Assembly: GCA_003501565.1 (NCBI GenBank)
Contig: DNPC01000822.1
Location: forward strand, 1-45,399
Direction: 5' to 3'
DNA: 45,399 nucleotides
DNA from: Planctomycetaceae bacterium
GTDB taxonomy: Bacteria; Planctomycetota; Planctomycetia; Pirellulales; Pirellulaceae
This document shows, in pieces, positions 1 to 10,254 of this stretch. The first letter of the stretch is position 1. Every line of letters begins with the position of its first letter. The position numbers and the translations under genes were made by a program. The notes under the pieces are model-generated. The model worked only from the letters and a program-made list of their open reading frames with translations. It made no database searches and had not been told where the DNA came from.

Positions 1-27
1 GGGTACTATTCGAGTACCGCGAGGCAG

Positions 28-1350
28 GTGCTTCGTTGGCCCGCCAGTGACTCGGGAAGTCTTCAGGTTGGTTCGCGATCCGGTGGGCGAATCAACTATC
101 GCGCGAGTTTGATGAAAATTCGATCCCTTGGGAAACAAAGTACAGGTCCGGTAAACAACGCAACTAAACCGGCGCGGATGACATCAGACTCAGTTGCTGG
201 GATATTTCCATTTTACAACTTGCCCGAACAGCAACCTGAACGGTTACCGATTGCAAATGGCGAAAACCAGTCTGCTCGGCTATCCAAAAAGTTGTTGAAA
301 ATCTTTGGTTCGGCGGAAACCAGCGGTCCCTCAGCTTCGCAACTCGCCTCGGTCGACGCTGCCGGAGGGATCGGGGGCATCATTAGGATAGACGAGGCAG
401 GCAATAGTCTTGAGCTTGGAGCCGGAACAGGTGCACTAGATTGGACTTTCGCAAATGTTGGCAATGGCTTGTTTAGAATTCAAAGCAGTCGAGGCAAGCG
501 GCCAGGCGCCTTGGCAGCGCTGTCAACCACCGGTGTAGGATTTGCAGTTCCAGGTTCTGACCCGCGACAATTGTGGCGGCCTGTCGTTCATCCGCGGCGC
601 GGATACGTGTTTGCCTTCGAAAATGTCTTCTACCCCGGCTACTGTTTGACTCAGAGTGGGACGGGAGTGTTCTTGAGCCCTTTCAATTGGGCGAGTGGGC
701 AATTTTGGTTGCCGATCCTGCCACCTGGTCCAGCCTTCATTCAACCGCTGTTACGGAATTTTCACACAACCATCACTCCAAACGCTGATCTTCCGCCAAT
801 TACGGTGCGTTTGATCAATTCGCAACCGCGGCACATTGAGATCCTAATGGCTGATCTCAGTCAGCCTGCCGGATCGCAGCGCCTTCGCATTGCGCCCCGC
901 CAGTCGCGTCAGGTTACTTTACAGCGCGATTCCGGCAGTACAGTCACAGAGTATTCGGAGGTTCTGATGTGGGACGGTAGTTGGCGAACTCAAGAATTTA
1001 CGACGCAAATTCCGCCTCGAACCCTGTATGACTTGAGCGTTTACGAAGTGCGATTGCAATCCATTGCGATCGACCGCACCGGGAAGAGCCCGAACGTAAT
1101 TGAAGATGTGAATTACCAGCCCAAGAGCATTGGTCGATTCCCAATTCCGCCCGGAGATCGCATCTCAGAAGGAGCTGCGATTGACGTGTTCAAACTCGCC
1201 CAGCGCGCGGGTAACCCCGGTGCCGTTCAGCGATTTACAATCGAAGAGCTAGAGAATTACGAATTGGACCCCAATGAGCTGGATATCAAGCTGCGTGGAG
1301 GGACCGAAACGAAGCCACAACCACCCAGCGGCCTGCGAAGAAGGTTTTGA
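28..1350 (+). CDS. Hypothetical protein with a possible ricin-B/beta-trefoil (QxW-repeat) lectin-like middle region; start uncertain
   Basis: Long ORF; spaced QxW-like motifs (RQLW, GQFW, LDWTF) in a beta-rich region; Pro-rich linker and a globular-looking C-terminal domain. Confidence 0.5.
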   Translation: MLRWPASDSGSLQVGSRSGGRINYRASLMKIRSLGKQSTGPVNNATKPARMTSDSVAGIFPFYNLPEQQPERLPIANGENQSARLSKKLLKIFGSAETSGPSASQLASVDAAGGIGGIIRIDEAGNSLELGAGTGALDWTFANVGNGLFRIQSSRGKRPGALAALSTTGVGFAVPGSDPRQLWRPVVHPRRGYVFAFENVFYPGYCLTQSGTGVFLSPFNWASGQFWLPILPPGPAFIQPLLRNFHTTITPNADLPPITVRLINSQPRHIEILMADLSQPAGSQRLRIAPRQSRQVTLQRDSGSTVTEYSEVLMWDGSWRTQEFTTQIPPRTLYDLSVYEVRLQSIAIDRTGKSPNVIEDVNYQPKSIGRFPIPPGDRISEGAAIDVFKLAQRAGNPGAVQRFTIEELENYELDPNELDIKLRGGTETKPQPPSGLRRRF

Positions 1351-1443
1351 TGGCCCGCTCCGGAAGCCGCGCGTATCTAAACCCTATTGGCTTGGTGTTT
1401 GGTCCAAGGCCAGCGTTATCGACCGGCCTACTCTCTTCGTCGC

Positions 1444-4400
1444 TTACTTGACCGGATACGCAGTGTTGGGCAAAAAGTTTCCCGTGTTAGCTTGGCTGCT
1501 GAACTGTTGACCAGTCAGACCACTCGTACCATTCTCTGTCTTAACTCGGCTGGCAGAGGCTGGGTGTACGGGCAAATTACCGTTTGCATTGGCGACTTGT
1601 CGAAACGTGTTTCCCAAAGTTGATCGACGGCCAATTGCGTGTTTCGCATTGACCCTGGGCGCAGGTTCGCCACGAGCTGTCTGCATACCATTCTCGACAG
1701 GCATACTGGCTTCGCCGGGCAATTGATCGCTTGGGGCCATCTCAACCGGCTGATCTTCGAGGACTTGAATCTGATCTCGCATCAGGACTTCTCCCTCGGT
1801 CAGCCCGTATTCCATGATGGCGTCCCCTAATCCGCCACCGACGGTGTCGACACGAATTGGCCCTGGATCAATCCAGAGTCCTTCTGCGTCGAGCTGCATT
1901 GTTCCGAGATCCAGATCGATGCTACGCCGCAGTGCTTCATAATTGACGTAGGTACCGATTAGAGTTCCTTGCGTTTGTAGAAATGCTTGCAAGCCACGGG
2001 CCGCATCGTTGGCAGCGGTCGGTCCACTAGGCACACCGAGGGTCTCGTTGATTTGACGAATGTCAGCATTGATGCTGTTTTGTACCGCCGCATTCTGAAC
2101 AGCAAAACGCTGAATTTCGAACCGCAGCTGGTTTTGCCGCACCGTTCGCAGTGCACTTCGAAATGCAGTCCAGACGCCATCTTCAAACTGATAGTATTGT
2201 CGTTTCTGCCGCTCGTATTGGATCAGAATCTGCCTGTAGTTGTTACGTTCTTGCAAGCGGGTGATCGGTGCATCCCAAGCAAGACCGGCTCGTAGACGTC
2301 CTGTCGAACCCCGCAACGACAGCGGGTTGTCGTTGGTGTTCTGGATGCTACCGGAGAGCGTAAGGTCTAAGAAACTCTCGAGGTCGTCTGCTACTACTTC
2401 GATGCTTCGCCATGTATTGACGAGAGCGGCTCGGTTATTCAACCAATCACGCCGATTGACGCGAGCGATTTCGATCGCATCACGCGTCGTCAATTCGACT
2501 TCTGGTAAGTAAACGGATTCCGTACGCGCCCGGGCCTGAACAACTTGAAGCGCTAGAACAATGTCATTGACTTCAGCGACAAAATCTTGCGATCCTAGAA
2601 TCGCGCGTTGGCTGATTTCCTGGAACCGCTTCTTCGAATCTTCGAAGTTGTCGAGCGAATCGCTGATGCTCTCAATGCCATCAACCAACTGTAGGAATTG
2701 TTCGCTTTTGGCTAGGATTCTCTCTTCAAGTGCGGCCAGTTCTTCACGCAATTCGCCCGGTAATTCCTCTAGTCCTTGGCCTTCCAAGAATGACGTGTTG
2801 AAGTCGCCAAATGGTAGGAGTGCACAGACCATTTCACGCTCGCTATCAGCAATTTCCATCAGGCGGTTGAGCTGCCGTCGCCGAATGGGGATTGCTTCCT
2901 CGAGTCGGTCGATGTCGGTACGAATCTGTGTGATATCGGGACCGACGATGTTTTCGAGCACCTCACCCAATGGGAGCAGACGCGCGTTGAGTGATGCGAG
3001 CTTTTGTTCAAGATCATCAGAGTTCTCGATGGCTCGGACGGTTGGTCCTTCGTCGTCGGTTTGACCGCCAGCTGATAGTTCCAGGATTGCCGAATTAGCT
3101 TCTCCGAGCTCTCGGCGGAAGTCTTGTACTTCGATCCGCCGTGTTCTCAAATCTTGGCTAATCAGTTTGAAAGGCTCAAGCAAAGGATCTTCGATTTCTA
3201 CACACAAGTAGGGAGGAAGACCAAGGGTAGATTTCAAGCTGTCCAGTGACTGTTCGTAATTGACTTGCAACTGGAGCAAGTTCGTCTGCTCCGAGTAGAG
3301 AGTCTGTAGCTGCTGAGATACCTGCAGCTGTTGTTGCGGTAGAGCAGTTAGGTCGTCTGGCATGGTCAATTGCAATTCCCGGTAATTGTCGCGGAACTGC
3401 AGGTAGATATCTTCGAGCTGGAGAATGTTTTCCCTTTGGTTGTCGATTGCCAATTGATCTTGTATCAGACCTAGGAAACCACCTGCACCGGGAGTACCTC
3501 CACCGCCGAAGTTTCCTCCTCCACCACCGCCAAAGATACCGCCTAAGGCTGAGAATCCTTCAAAACCAGCGCCACCAAAGACGCCACCGCGGCGTCGAGG
3601 GCCGACGCCATTACTGCCGCGACCGGTCGTCACATCCACGTAGAATGCCCGTCGATAGCGTTCAAACGCGCGAACGTTGGCCAGCAAGGTACGTTCGGCG
3701 AGAGTCAGTCGTTCCAATACGACGTCGCGACCACCTTGACGCAGGAGAGGTTGCAACAACGTGAAATCTAACAACGACGTGGCGTTTTGGTTGTTGGGTC
3801 CGACAAGTTCCCAGGTCAGCGAGTTTGCGAATCCGACTACTAGGTCGGCTCCGGTCGCAAATGTCTTCTGCATAACCAGCGGTCGGCGTCCGCGACTGTT
3901 TGGACCGACGGAGAAGATCGTGCTGGAGTTTCCAGCGCCATTGCGGTTCGGTCCATCGGTGGTTAGGCCACTTTGCCAGCCTGCAAAGAATTGCGAGTCG
4001 AGCCGGAACCGTTCGCTACTAACGTCGAGAGCGGACAGATAGATTTCTTCGCGAGCACTCTGGTAATCCGGTGAATGGAGCAGTGCAATACGAACGGCTT
4101 CATTCAAGTTCAACTTCAGAACGCCTCGTTCATCCAGCGGAAGGTAGCTCCACCACTGCGGATTCTCGACGATGTTTGTGCGGCCGTTAGCTTCCCAAAG
4201 CGGATAACCTTTCTTGCCATCGACAATTTGCATGAACCGATTGGCTTGCGGGTCGTCTTCTGGCATTGGAGGACGATCGGGGTTGAACGGATTGAACATC
4301 CGGCTGCGAGAGTCGACTTCGATACGATACGGAGCTGCGACATCTTCGCAGCTTTGACGTACTTTTTCGTCGAGTAGGTAATACGCTTCGGTGTCGACTT

Positions 4401-4566
4401 TGCAGCGATACTGCTGGCGCGTGCAACCAAGCATACCGGTCCAAAGGGCCGTTGCAGCACCGGCAGTGGCAAGGCTTCGGCGTAGCCAGTGGGCTAGACG
4501 GGCACGTCGCCGACTAACAAGAGTGGGCTTGGTTGGGTGCTTTGCAGACGTTTCGTTGCTGGCCAT
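1444..4566 (-). CDS. TolC-like outer-membrane efflux protein (planctomycete-type large lipoprotein)
   Basis: 1040 aa; lipobox-like GMLGC; 'LNLNEAVRIALLHSPDYQ', 'LLQPLLRQGGR', 'AIEIARVNRRDWLN' and 'LAWDAPITRLQERNNYR' resemble the two OEP repeats; Gly-rich loop and coiled-coil insertion. Confidence 0.75.
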   Translation of the reverse strand: MASNETSAKHPTKPTLVSRRRARLAHWLRRSLATAGAATALWTGMLGCTRQQYRCKVDTEAYYLLDEKVRQSCEDVAAPYRIEVDSRSRMFNPFNPDRPPMPEDDPQANRFMQIVDGKKGYPLWEANGRTNIVENPQWWSYLPLDERGVLKLNLNEAVRIALLHSPDYQSAREEIYLSALDVSSERFRLDSQFFAGWQSGLTTDGPNRNGAGNSSTIFSVGPNSRGRRPLVMQKTFATGADLVVGFANSLTWELVGPNNQNATSLLDFTLLQPLLRQGGRDVVLERLTLAERTLLANVRAFERYRRAFYVDVTTGRGSNGVGPRRRGGVFGGAGFEGFSALGGIFGGGGGGNFGGGGTPGAGGFLGLIQDQLAIDNQRENILQLEDIYLQFRDNYRELQLTMPDDLTALPQQQLQVSQQLQTLYSEQTNLLQLQVNYEQSLDSLKSTLGLPPYLCVEIEDPLLEPFKLISQDLRTRRIEVQDFRRELGEANSAILELSAGGQTDDEGPTVRAIENSDDLEQKLASLNARLLPLGEVLENIVGPDITQIRTDIDRLEEAIPIRRRQLNRLMEIADSEREMVCALLPFGDFNTSFLEGQGLEELPGELREELAALEERILAKSEQFLQLVDGIESISDSLDNFEDSKKRFQEISQRAILGSQDFVAEVNDIVLALQVVQARARTESVYLPEVELTTRDAIEIARVNRRDWLNNRAALVNTWRSIEVVADDLESFLDLTLSGSIQNTNDNPLSLRGSTGRLRAGLAWDAPITRLQERNNYRQILIQYERQKRQYYQFEDGVWTAFRSALRTVRQNQLRFEIQRFAVQNAAVQNSINADIRQINETLGVPSGPTAANDAARGLQAFLQTQGTLIGTYVNYEALRRSIDLDLGTMQLDAEGLWIDPGPIRVDTVGGGLGDAIMEYGLTEGEVLMRDQIQVLEDQPVEMAPSDQLPGEASMPVENGMQTARGEPAPRVNAKHAIGRRSTLGNTFRQVANANGNLPVHPASASRVKTENGTSGLTGQQFSSQANTGNFLPNTAYPVK

Positions 4567-5098
4567 CGATGGAACCCTGGTGAAGGCTGGCTGCCCCCTC
4601 CTTGCTTGGCCAATGTGTGGGCCAAACGCCGATTAACGGCTGGAACGAAGGGACCGGTACTATCGTGTCTTCCCTAAGTTCGGGTTCTACGGACGGCTCC
4701 CTTGATGCCGAATAACCTGGCTGCGCCAGTCGCTGCAGTTGATTCCGGTTCGCTAACCGTTACTGGTTAACAACACAGTGGGCTGGGCCCTTCTATTGAC
4801 TGGTCACGAAAAACGGGGGCTTACGGAATCTTAAGCTCCTTTGCGATGATCTAGCGAAACAGACGAGAACGCCAGGCTTGCGTTCCGTTAAATCAATGCG
4901 CCAACGCTGGCGAGGTTGGCGATAGAATGAGACTTTCATAACGAGGACATTTCGTAGAAATCGAAACGGATGCCAGCGGGGAGAGGACGTGCCCCTCGTT
5001 TGGCGAACAGCGTACATTGCAGATTTCGACTGCAAAGAGCGGTGTTCCCGGTAATCTCCGAGCGACGCACAACATAGCCTTTAAACCGGAGACGACCG

Positions 5099-6586
5099 AT
5101 GCAGGATCGACGACATTTCGTACGAAGCTCGATCACGATGGCAGCTGGAGCTGCGAGCGGGTTGTCGTGGCTGCCACCGTTAAGTGCGCAAGACTTAGAT
5201 GTTTCTCCCAATCACGTTTCGTTTACTGCTGACATCGAGCCGCTCGTAAGCATGCTCGAAACTACGCAAGGCGAGAAAGTTCTCGACCGCGTATTTGACG
5301 AAATTCAACGCGGACGCAGCTACCAGGAGCTGTTGGCTGCTCTCTTTTTGGCTGGCATACGCAACGTTCAGCCGCGACCCTCTGTTGGATTCAAGTTTCA
5401 CAGTGTTCTAGTCGTCCACTCGGCGCACCAGGCATCGCTGGCGGCGGTCGATGAACACCGGTGGACTCCGCTGCTTTGGAGTATCGATTACTTCAAACGA
5501 GCTCAACGTTCAGACCTGCGCGAGGGCGACTGGACCATGGCGGCAGCTCCTACAGAGAATCTGCCCGAACCGGCAAAGGCTCTGCAGAAGCTCGATGAAG
5601 CGATGAATCGTTGGGACGTAGAGGCGGCCGACGCAGCAGCAACAGTAGTCGCACGCACGGCAACCGCCAGCCAGATTCTGAATCTACTGGCCAAACACGC
5701 AGCGCGCGACTATCGCAGCATTGGCCACAAGTCCATTTACCTTGCGAATGCCTACCGCACGTTGAATGTAATCGGCTGGCACCATTCAGAGGCAGTTGTG
5801 CGTTCGCTGTGCTACGCGATTCTCAATCACACCGGAGATCCGAACCCGGCCGATTCCGATCTGGAGGTTGATCGTGTTGGCCGTTCAAACTGGAAGCGAG
5901 TGCAGGAGTTTTCCGAAGGGATCTTTATGAACGATCGCAAGCCGGTTGAGTCGGCGACGGTTGCGCGTCAGTTGCGAACGGCAACTCCCGAGCAGGCCGC
6001 CAGTTTCGTCGTCGAGCTAGTCGAATCGGGTTGTCATCCCGACAGCATCTACGACGGAATCATGTTAGCTGCCGCCGAGATGGTCTCTCGCCAGGCAGCC
6101 ATCGTTCCGCTGCATGCAGTGACGACGGCCAACGCGATGCGTTTTCTCTATCGGCATGTCCATGATGCCCGGACTCGAAAGTGGCTACTACTTCAGAATG
6201 CTGCATTTATTCCGCACTTTCGTCAGTCTGCTGTGGGAAGGGGCGCACTCGGTAAGACGGATCTGCTCGAGCTTGCAATCGGTGAACGGGGTAGTTCGGA
6301 CCTATCTGATGTGTTTGAGTCAATTGGATCCGAGGCGGCCGCCGAGTCCATTTTGTCGCTGGCTCAGCGGCCGGAGCTGGCCAATCGTCTTATCGGGCGG
6401 GCCCGCGAGTACGTTTTTCTTAAGGGAAACGACGCACACGATTACAAATTTAGTTCAGCGGCTCTGGAGGATTATCACTACATTGATCCTCAATGGCGAG
6501 CTCGTTATCTGGCCGGTTGTTCGTTTCTGTTGCACGGTGAGGGCAAACCCACAACAGCCTTGGCAAAAAGAGTGCTTGCGATGTAG
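5099..6586 (+). CDS. Tat-exported conserved hypothetical helical protein with His-rich motifs (possible metalloenzyme)
   Basis: N-terminal DRRHFV twin-arginine signal; motifs FHSVL, GHKSIY, LHAVTTANA, DAHDYKF. Confidence 0.7.
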   Translation: MQDRRHFVRSSITMAAGAASGLSWLPPLSAQDLDVSPNHVSFTADIEPLVSMLETTQGEKVLDRVFDEIQRGRSYQELLAALFLAGIRNVQPRPSVGFKFHSVLVVHSAHQASLAAVDEHRWTPLLWSIDYFKRAQRSDLREGDWTMAAAPTENLPEPAKALQKLDEAMNRWDVEAADAAATVVARTATASQILNLLAKHAARDYRSIGHKSIYLANAYRTLNVIGWHHSEAVVRSLCYAILNHTGDPNPADSDLEVDRVGRSNWKRVQEFSEGIFMNDRKPVESATVARQLRTATPEQAASFVVELVESGCHPDSIYDGIMLAAAEMVSRQAAIVPLHAVTTANAMRFLYRHVHDARTRKWLLLQNAAFIPHFRQSAVGRGALGKTDLLELAIGERGSSDLSDVFESIGSEAAAESILSLAQRPELANRLIGRAREYVFLKGNDAHDYKFSSAALEDYHYIDPQWRARYLAGCSFLLHGEGKPTTALAKRVLAM

Positions 6587-6698
6587 CAAGTCGGTTCGCA
6601 AGACTAACCTGCCCGGTAAGCGAACGATTACAAACGGCCTGGATATTGGCCTGCCCGGCGAGATGACAACGGATCCGACAGGTTCGTTATGACGAACG

Positions 6699-7013
6699 TT
6701 ATCTCTCGATTAGATTTCCATCTTCATCAAGGTTTGGAAAACGACTCCGGAGAACTAATCTCTCCCATAGATTGGGCCGGCGAAGTCGATGGTCGTCTGC
6801 TGGCAAGCGATGCTCTTTGCCACGCCGAGTCTTGAGAGTGACCGAACCGTCGTCGTGAATTTCGGAGACACTCCAGTACTTGTCCACGAGGTAGCTGTAT
6901 GCGTCGCCTTTGCCCTGAGGAGAGATGTCGGTTGCACGTTTTCCAGGCTGTGTGCTGACTTTTTGTTTGGCGAAGACGACAGGACTTCCTACCTTCAGTG
7001 CTAACTTGGACAT
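6699..7013 (-). CDS. Small hypothetical protein (beta-rich, SH3-like appearance)
   Basis: 104-aa ORF, ATG start, protein-like composition (VDKYWSV...VTLKTRRGKEHRL). Confidence 0.7.
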   Translation of the reverse strand: MSKLALKVGSPVVFAKQKVSTQPGKRATDISPQGKGDAYSYLVDKYWSVSEIHDDGSVTLKTRRGKEHRLPADDHRLRRPNLWERLVLRSRFPNLDEDGNLIER

Positions 7014-7142
7014 CTTGCAAATTCCGGAGAACTCTCGGCACTTAGTGGCGCAGGGACGCGGTGCATTTCTTCACCGATGTCTTGCATGGCCGCAACTAAA
7101 ACTGGGTTTTGAGCGCTGCTGATTGCGGCAGAAAGCGTAACG

Positions 7143-7310
7143 CTACTTGCGCGCCGACTTTTTCTTCGCGGCCTTCTTCTTGGCGGCCTTTTTCTTCGCT
7201 GGCTTCGTAGCACTGGCTTTCGTGGCAGACTTACTTTTCTTCGTCTTTCCAAAGACGTTTTCCCAACCGTTTGCGTACGCTTCGTTACTGCCAACGCGCG
7301 TGATAGTCAT
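7143..7310 (-). CDS. Small basic Lys/Ala-rich protein (histone H1-like tail), 55 aa
   Basis: Read by hand: MTITRVGSNEAYANGWENVFGKTKKSKSATKASATKPAKKKAAKKKAAKKKSARK*; AGGAG RBS just upstream of ATG at 7310; too short for the ORF track. Confidence 0.85.
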   Translation of the reverse strand: MTITRVGSNEAYANGWENVFGKTKKSKSATKASATKPAKKKAAKKKAAKKKSARK

Positions 7311-7575
7311 GTTTTGCTCCTAGTTCCGTTGGTAAATGAATTGGACTCGGAAATGTCTATGAGAAGACTTGGTGATATCCTATCGCCAAGAATTGCAATT
7401 GCCGAGATGCACGCTACGCGCACATTATTGGGAAATTGAAACGACCATACATGGTCTGGGGTCAGTTGAGTGTTCTGCGCAGTATGGTTGTCGGTTCAAT
7501 CGCGAGAGTGCGGTTGTCGCGTTCCGGCCGCAGACGCGAAAGCCTATCGGTCGCTTGTCAGTCGGTCAAGTCTTA

Positions 7576-8568
7576 TCAGCTGGCAGACCCTGCGCCAGCC
7601 TGCATATAAAAGCTGCATAGTTGATCAACGAGTGCGTCGTGCTGACTACTGCGGTCAACATCTACACGCGTCAACTCTTCTAGGCCTCGGTACCATATCT
7701 CCTGTCGACGCGCGAATTGCCGGGTGTGGGCTTTAATCAACTCAGCGGTTTCGTGCAGAGTATGTGTGCCATCAAGGTGCTCGATCACCTCGCGATACCC
7801 GACCGCTTGTCGCGCGGTTCGCCCGAGTTCAGAGTGTTTTGCTAACAGTGCTTCCACTTCTTCGACCAATCCATCTGCCAGCATTTGGTCGACGCGAGCG
7901 TTAATCCGCTCATGCAACCAGCCACGTTCAAGCCCCAGCACGGCAACGGGCATTGACTTCGATGGTGTTTCAAACTGGCTTTGCCAGTGACTTAGAGGGC
8001 GGCCGGTCAGCCGAGCAACTTCCAAAGCGCGGATCGCCCGACGGTGGTCATTGGGGTGGATCTTGCTAGCGGCCAAAGGGTCTACCTGTTGGAGGCGTTC
8101 GCGAAGCGCCGTGGGGCCGTGGTCTGACAAGTCGCGCTCAACCGCCTCGCGGAATTCCCAGTCCGCCTCTGGACCCAGGAACATCCCTCGCAGCAGACTC
8201 TTCAGATACAACGGAGTGCCGCCGCAAAACAGCACGTGCCGACCACGAGATCGAATTTCGTGAGCAGTCTGATGCGCCAAACTTACGAAAGAGGAAACAC
8301 TGAAGCTCTCCGTTGGCTCAATGATGTCGAGCAGATGGTATTGAACTTCGCTACGATCGGTCGCAGAAGGCTTGGCAGTACCGATATCCATTCCCCGGTA
8401 AATAGCCATCGAGTCGAGGGAGATGATTTCGGCGTCTAGACGTTTCGCAATCGACTGTGCCAGCGGAGTCTTCCCACTTGCGGTGGGACCAGTTAGAAAA
8501 AGGCAGTCGCGGATTGGAGGCAGGACCCACTTGGAGCTTTCCTCATTTGGCGGTGTCTCAAGCGGCAT
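7576..8568 (-). CDS. miaA: tRNA (adenosine(37)-N6)-dimethylallyltransferase
   Basis: GPTASGKT P-loop, DSMAIYRGMDIGTAKP, GGTPLY, RRAIRALEV, QAVGYRE, TRQFARRQ; AAGGA RBS before ATG 8568 (ORF is open to 8628). Confidence 0.97.
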   Translation of the reverse strand: MPLETPPNEESSKWVLPPIRDCLFLTGPTASGKTPLAQSIAKRLDAEIISLDSMAIYRGMDIGTAKPSATDRSEVQYHLLDIIEPTESFSVSSFVSLAHQTAHEIRSRGRHVLFCGGTPLYLKSLLRGMFLGPEADWEFREAVERDLSDHGPTALRERLQQVDPLAASKIHPNDHRRAIRALEVARLTGRPLSHWQSQFETPSKSMPVAVLGLERGWLHERINARVDQMLADGLVEEVEALLAKHSELGRTARQAVGYREVIEHLDGTHTLHETAELIKAHTRQFARRQEIWYRGLEELTRVDVDRSSQHDALVDQLCSFYMQAGAGSAS

Positions 8569-8726
8569 TGTTTCCTTTTCGTCGCGTGGGTCGTCGATAT
8601 GGTGCTGCCGCATTATGATAGGGCTCATTCGCTGGGTTTTGCAGCGGTGGGCAGTCTCTTCGAACGACTTTTCATTAGAGATTTCAATTAGCCTAGGATG
8701 CGTTTGGATTCATGGTGGAAGACTCT

Positions 8727-9071
8727 ATGCCAGAAGACGATGTCCTCAACCGGCTAATGTCCGAAATTCACAATAAGGCTGCGCAGCTGCCGGAGAAATC
8801 GTATACCACCCACCTAATTCGGGGTGGAGTCGAGAAAATGGGGGCAAAAATCCTCGAGGAGGCTGCAGAGGTCGTAGACGCGGCGGAAAAGTCGACCGCT
8901 TCCGACAACGACCACTTAGTCTACGAAGCTTGTGATGTGCTCTATCACCTGTGGGTGCTGCTAGGCAGCCGCGGAGTCACTGTGGATGACTTACGTCGCG
9001 AACTCCAACGACGCGAGGGGACCAGTGGGTTGGAAGAAAAGGCGTCACGAAAAGCACCGGACGCAACGTAG
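8727..9071 (+). CDS. hisE: Phosphoribosyl-ATP pyrophosphohydrolase
   Basis: SYTTHL..GG.EKMGAKILEEAAEVV, YEACDVLYHLWVLL, REGTSGLEEKASR; adjacent to hisG; alternative start 8712. Confidence 0.95.
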   Translation: MPEDDVLNRLMSEIHNKAAQLPEKSYTTHLIRGGVEKMGAKILEEAAEVVDAAEKSTASDNDHLVYEACDVLYHLWVLLGSRGVTVDDLRRELQRREGTSGLEEKASRKAPDAT

Positions 9072-9174
9072 CGCTAAAGCAGACGCTTTCGCTGACTCAT
9101 CATTGTTACCCTCAGAAAATCACTCTTCTCCGTTAGCACGGATCCGACAGCACGACTGAACTTTTGCAGTACTT

Positions 9175-10029
9175 ATGAACGAAAATTTGCGAATCGGAAT
9201 TCCTAGTAAGGGGCGGTTAAGCGAACTGGCAACTGGCCTTTTGAATCAGGCTGGAATTTTGTTCCGCCGTCAAGAACGCACCCTCTTCGCTCGCGTCAAG
9301 AATTTGCCTATCGACATCATCTTTGTTCGAACCGATGACATTCCGGTCTTGTGCCAAGAAGGGGCGATCGACATTGGCATCACCGGAAGCGATCTTGTCG
9401 CTGAGAGCGAAGCGGACGTGACCACTCGGATGCCGCTCGGCGTCGGCAAATGCCGGTTAAGCGTGTGTGTGCCAGATGATTCGGGGATAGAGAAGCCGGA
9501 ACAATTGGTAGGTCGACGAATTGCTACCAGTTTTCCAAACGTGACTCGACAATATCTGGCCAAGTGTGGTGGTGAAGCGCGGTTGGTTGAATTGTCGGGG
9601 TCGGTTGAAATCATGATCTCACTCGGTGTCGCAGACGCGATTGTTGATCTGGTCGAGACAGGGAGCACACTTGCTGCGAACCGATTGCACGTGCTGACTG
9701 ATATCGGGGCGTATGAGACGGTATTGATCCAAAACAATAAAGTGCGTCTGCCGGAAATCGTGGACCGCGTAGTGCGACGTTTGGAAGGCGTCGTTATCGC
9801 CCGAGACTACAGCCTGCTGGAATACAATGTTCTGCGTGCGAATTTGGCCGAAGCGGAAAAGATTACGCCCGGCTACAATTCACCGACGGTGAGTGCTTTG
9901 GAAGATCCGGACTGGTGCAGCGTGCGAACGATGGTTCGTCGCAAAGAGATTATCCCGGCGATGGAAAAACTAGAAGCCATCGGAGCTTCGGCGATCCTCG
10001 AAACAGAAATTGCTAATTGCCGGCTTTAG
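9175..10029 (+). CDS. hisG: ATP phosphoribosyltransferase (long form)
   Basis: IGIPSKGRL, RTDDIP, DIGITGSD, IATSFPN, LSGSVE, ADAIVDLVETGSTLAAN; C-terminal regulatory domain. Confidence 0.97.
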   Translation: MNENLRIGIPSKGRLSELATGLLNQAGILFRRQERTLFARVKNLPIDIIFVRTDDIPVLCQEGAIDIGITGSDLVAESEADVTTRMPLGVGKCRLSVCVPDDSGIEKPEQLVGRRIATSFPNVTRQYLAKCGGEARLVELSGSVEIMISLGVADAIVDLVETGSTLAANRLHVLTDIGAYETVLIQNNKVRLPEIVDRVVRRLEGVVIARDYSLLEYNVLRANLAEAEKITPGYNSPTVSALEDPDWCSVRTMVRRKEIIPAMEKLEAIGASAILETEIANCRL

Positions 10030-10254
10030 CATGTTTAAGGATGTGGGTTACCCCGGCAGCCATCGGAAGACAGTTCATGCCTGGTGGCGAAGCTGAAGCG
10101 TGTACGTTGTTCGTTCAGAGAATCGCTCACCGCCGTGACCCTTTCTTCTGTCGCGACCGGAGTTTTGTTCGGCCAATGAAGTACACCTAAAACCTAGCCG
10201 AAACCCAATAGTCTTTCTCTACCCGATGGCCGTAAAACTGCAAGGGATACGCGT

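Noticed and set aside
7001-7294. 97-aa Arg-rich ORF in the track
   Set aside because: Wrong frame; the overlapping 7143..7310 frame has an ATG, an RBS and a coherent Lys/Ala-rich product
7369-7389. Imperfect inverted repeat TTGGTGATA-TCC-TATCGCCAA
   Set aside because: Short, single and without a U-tract; could be regulatory but is unsupported
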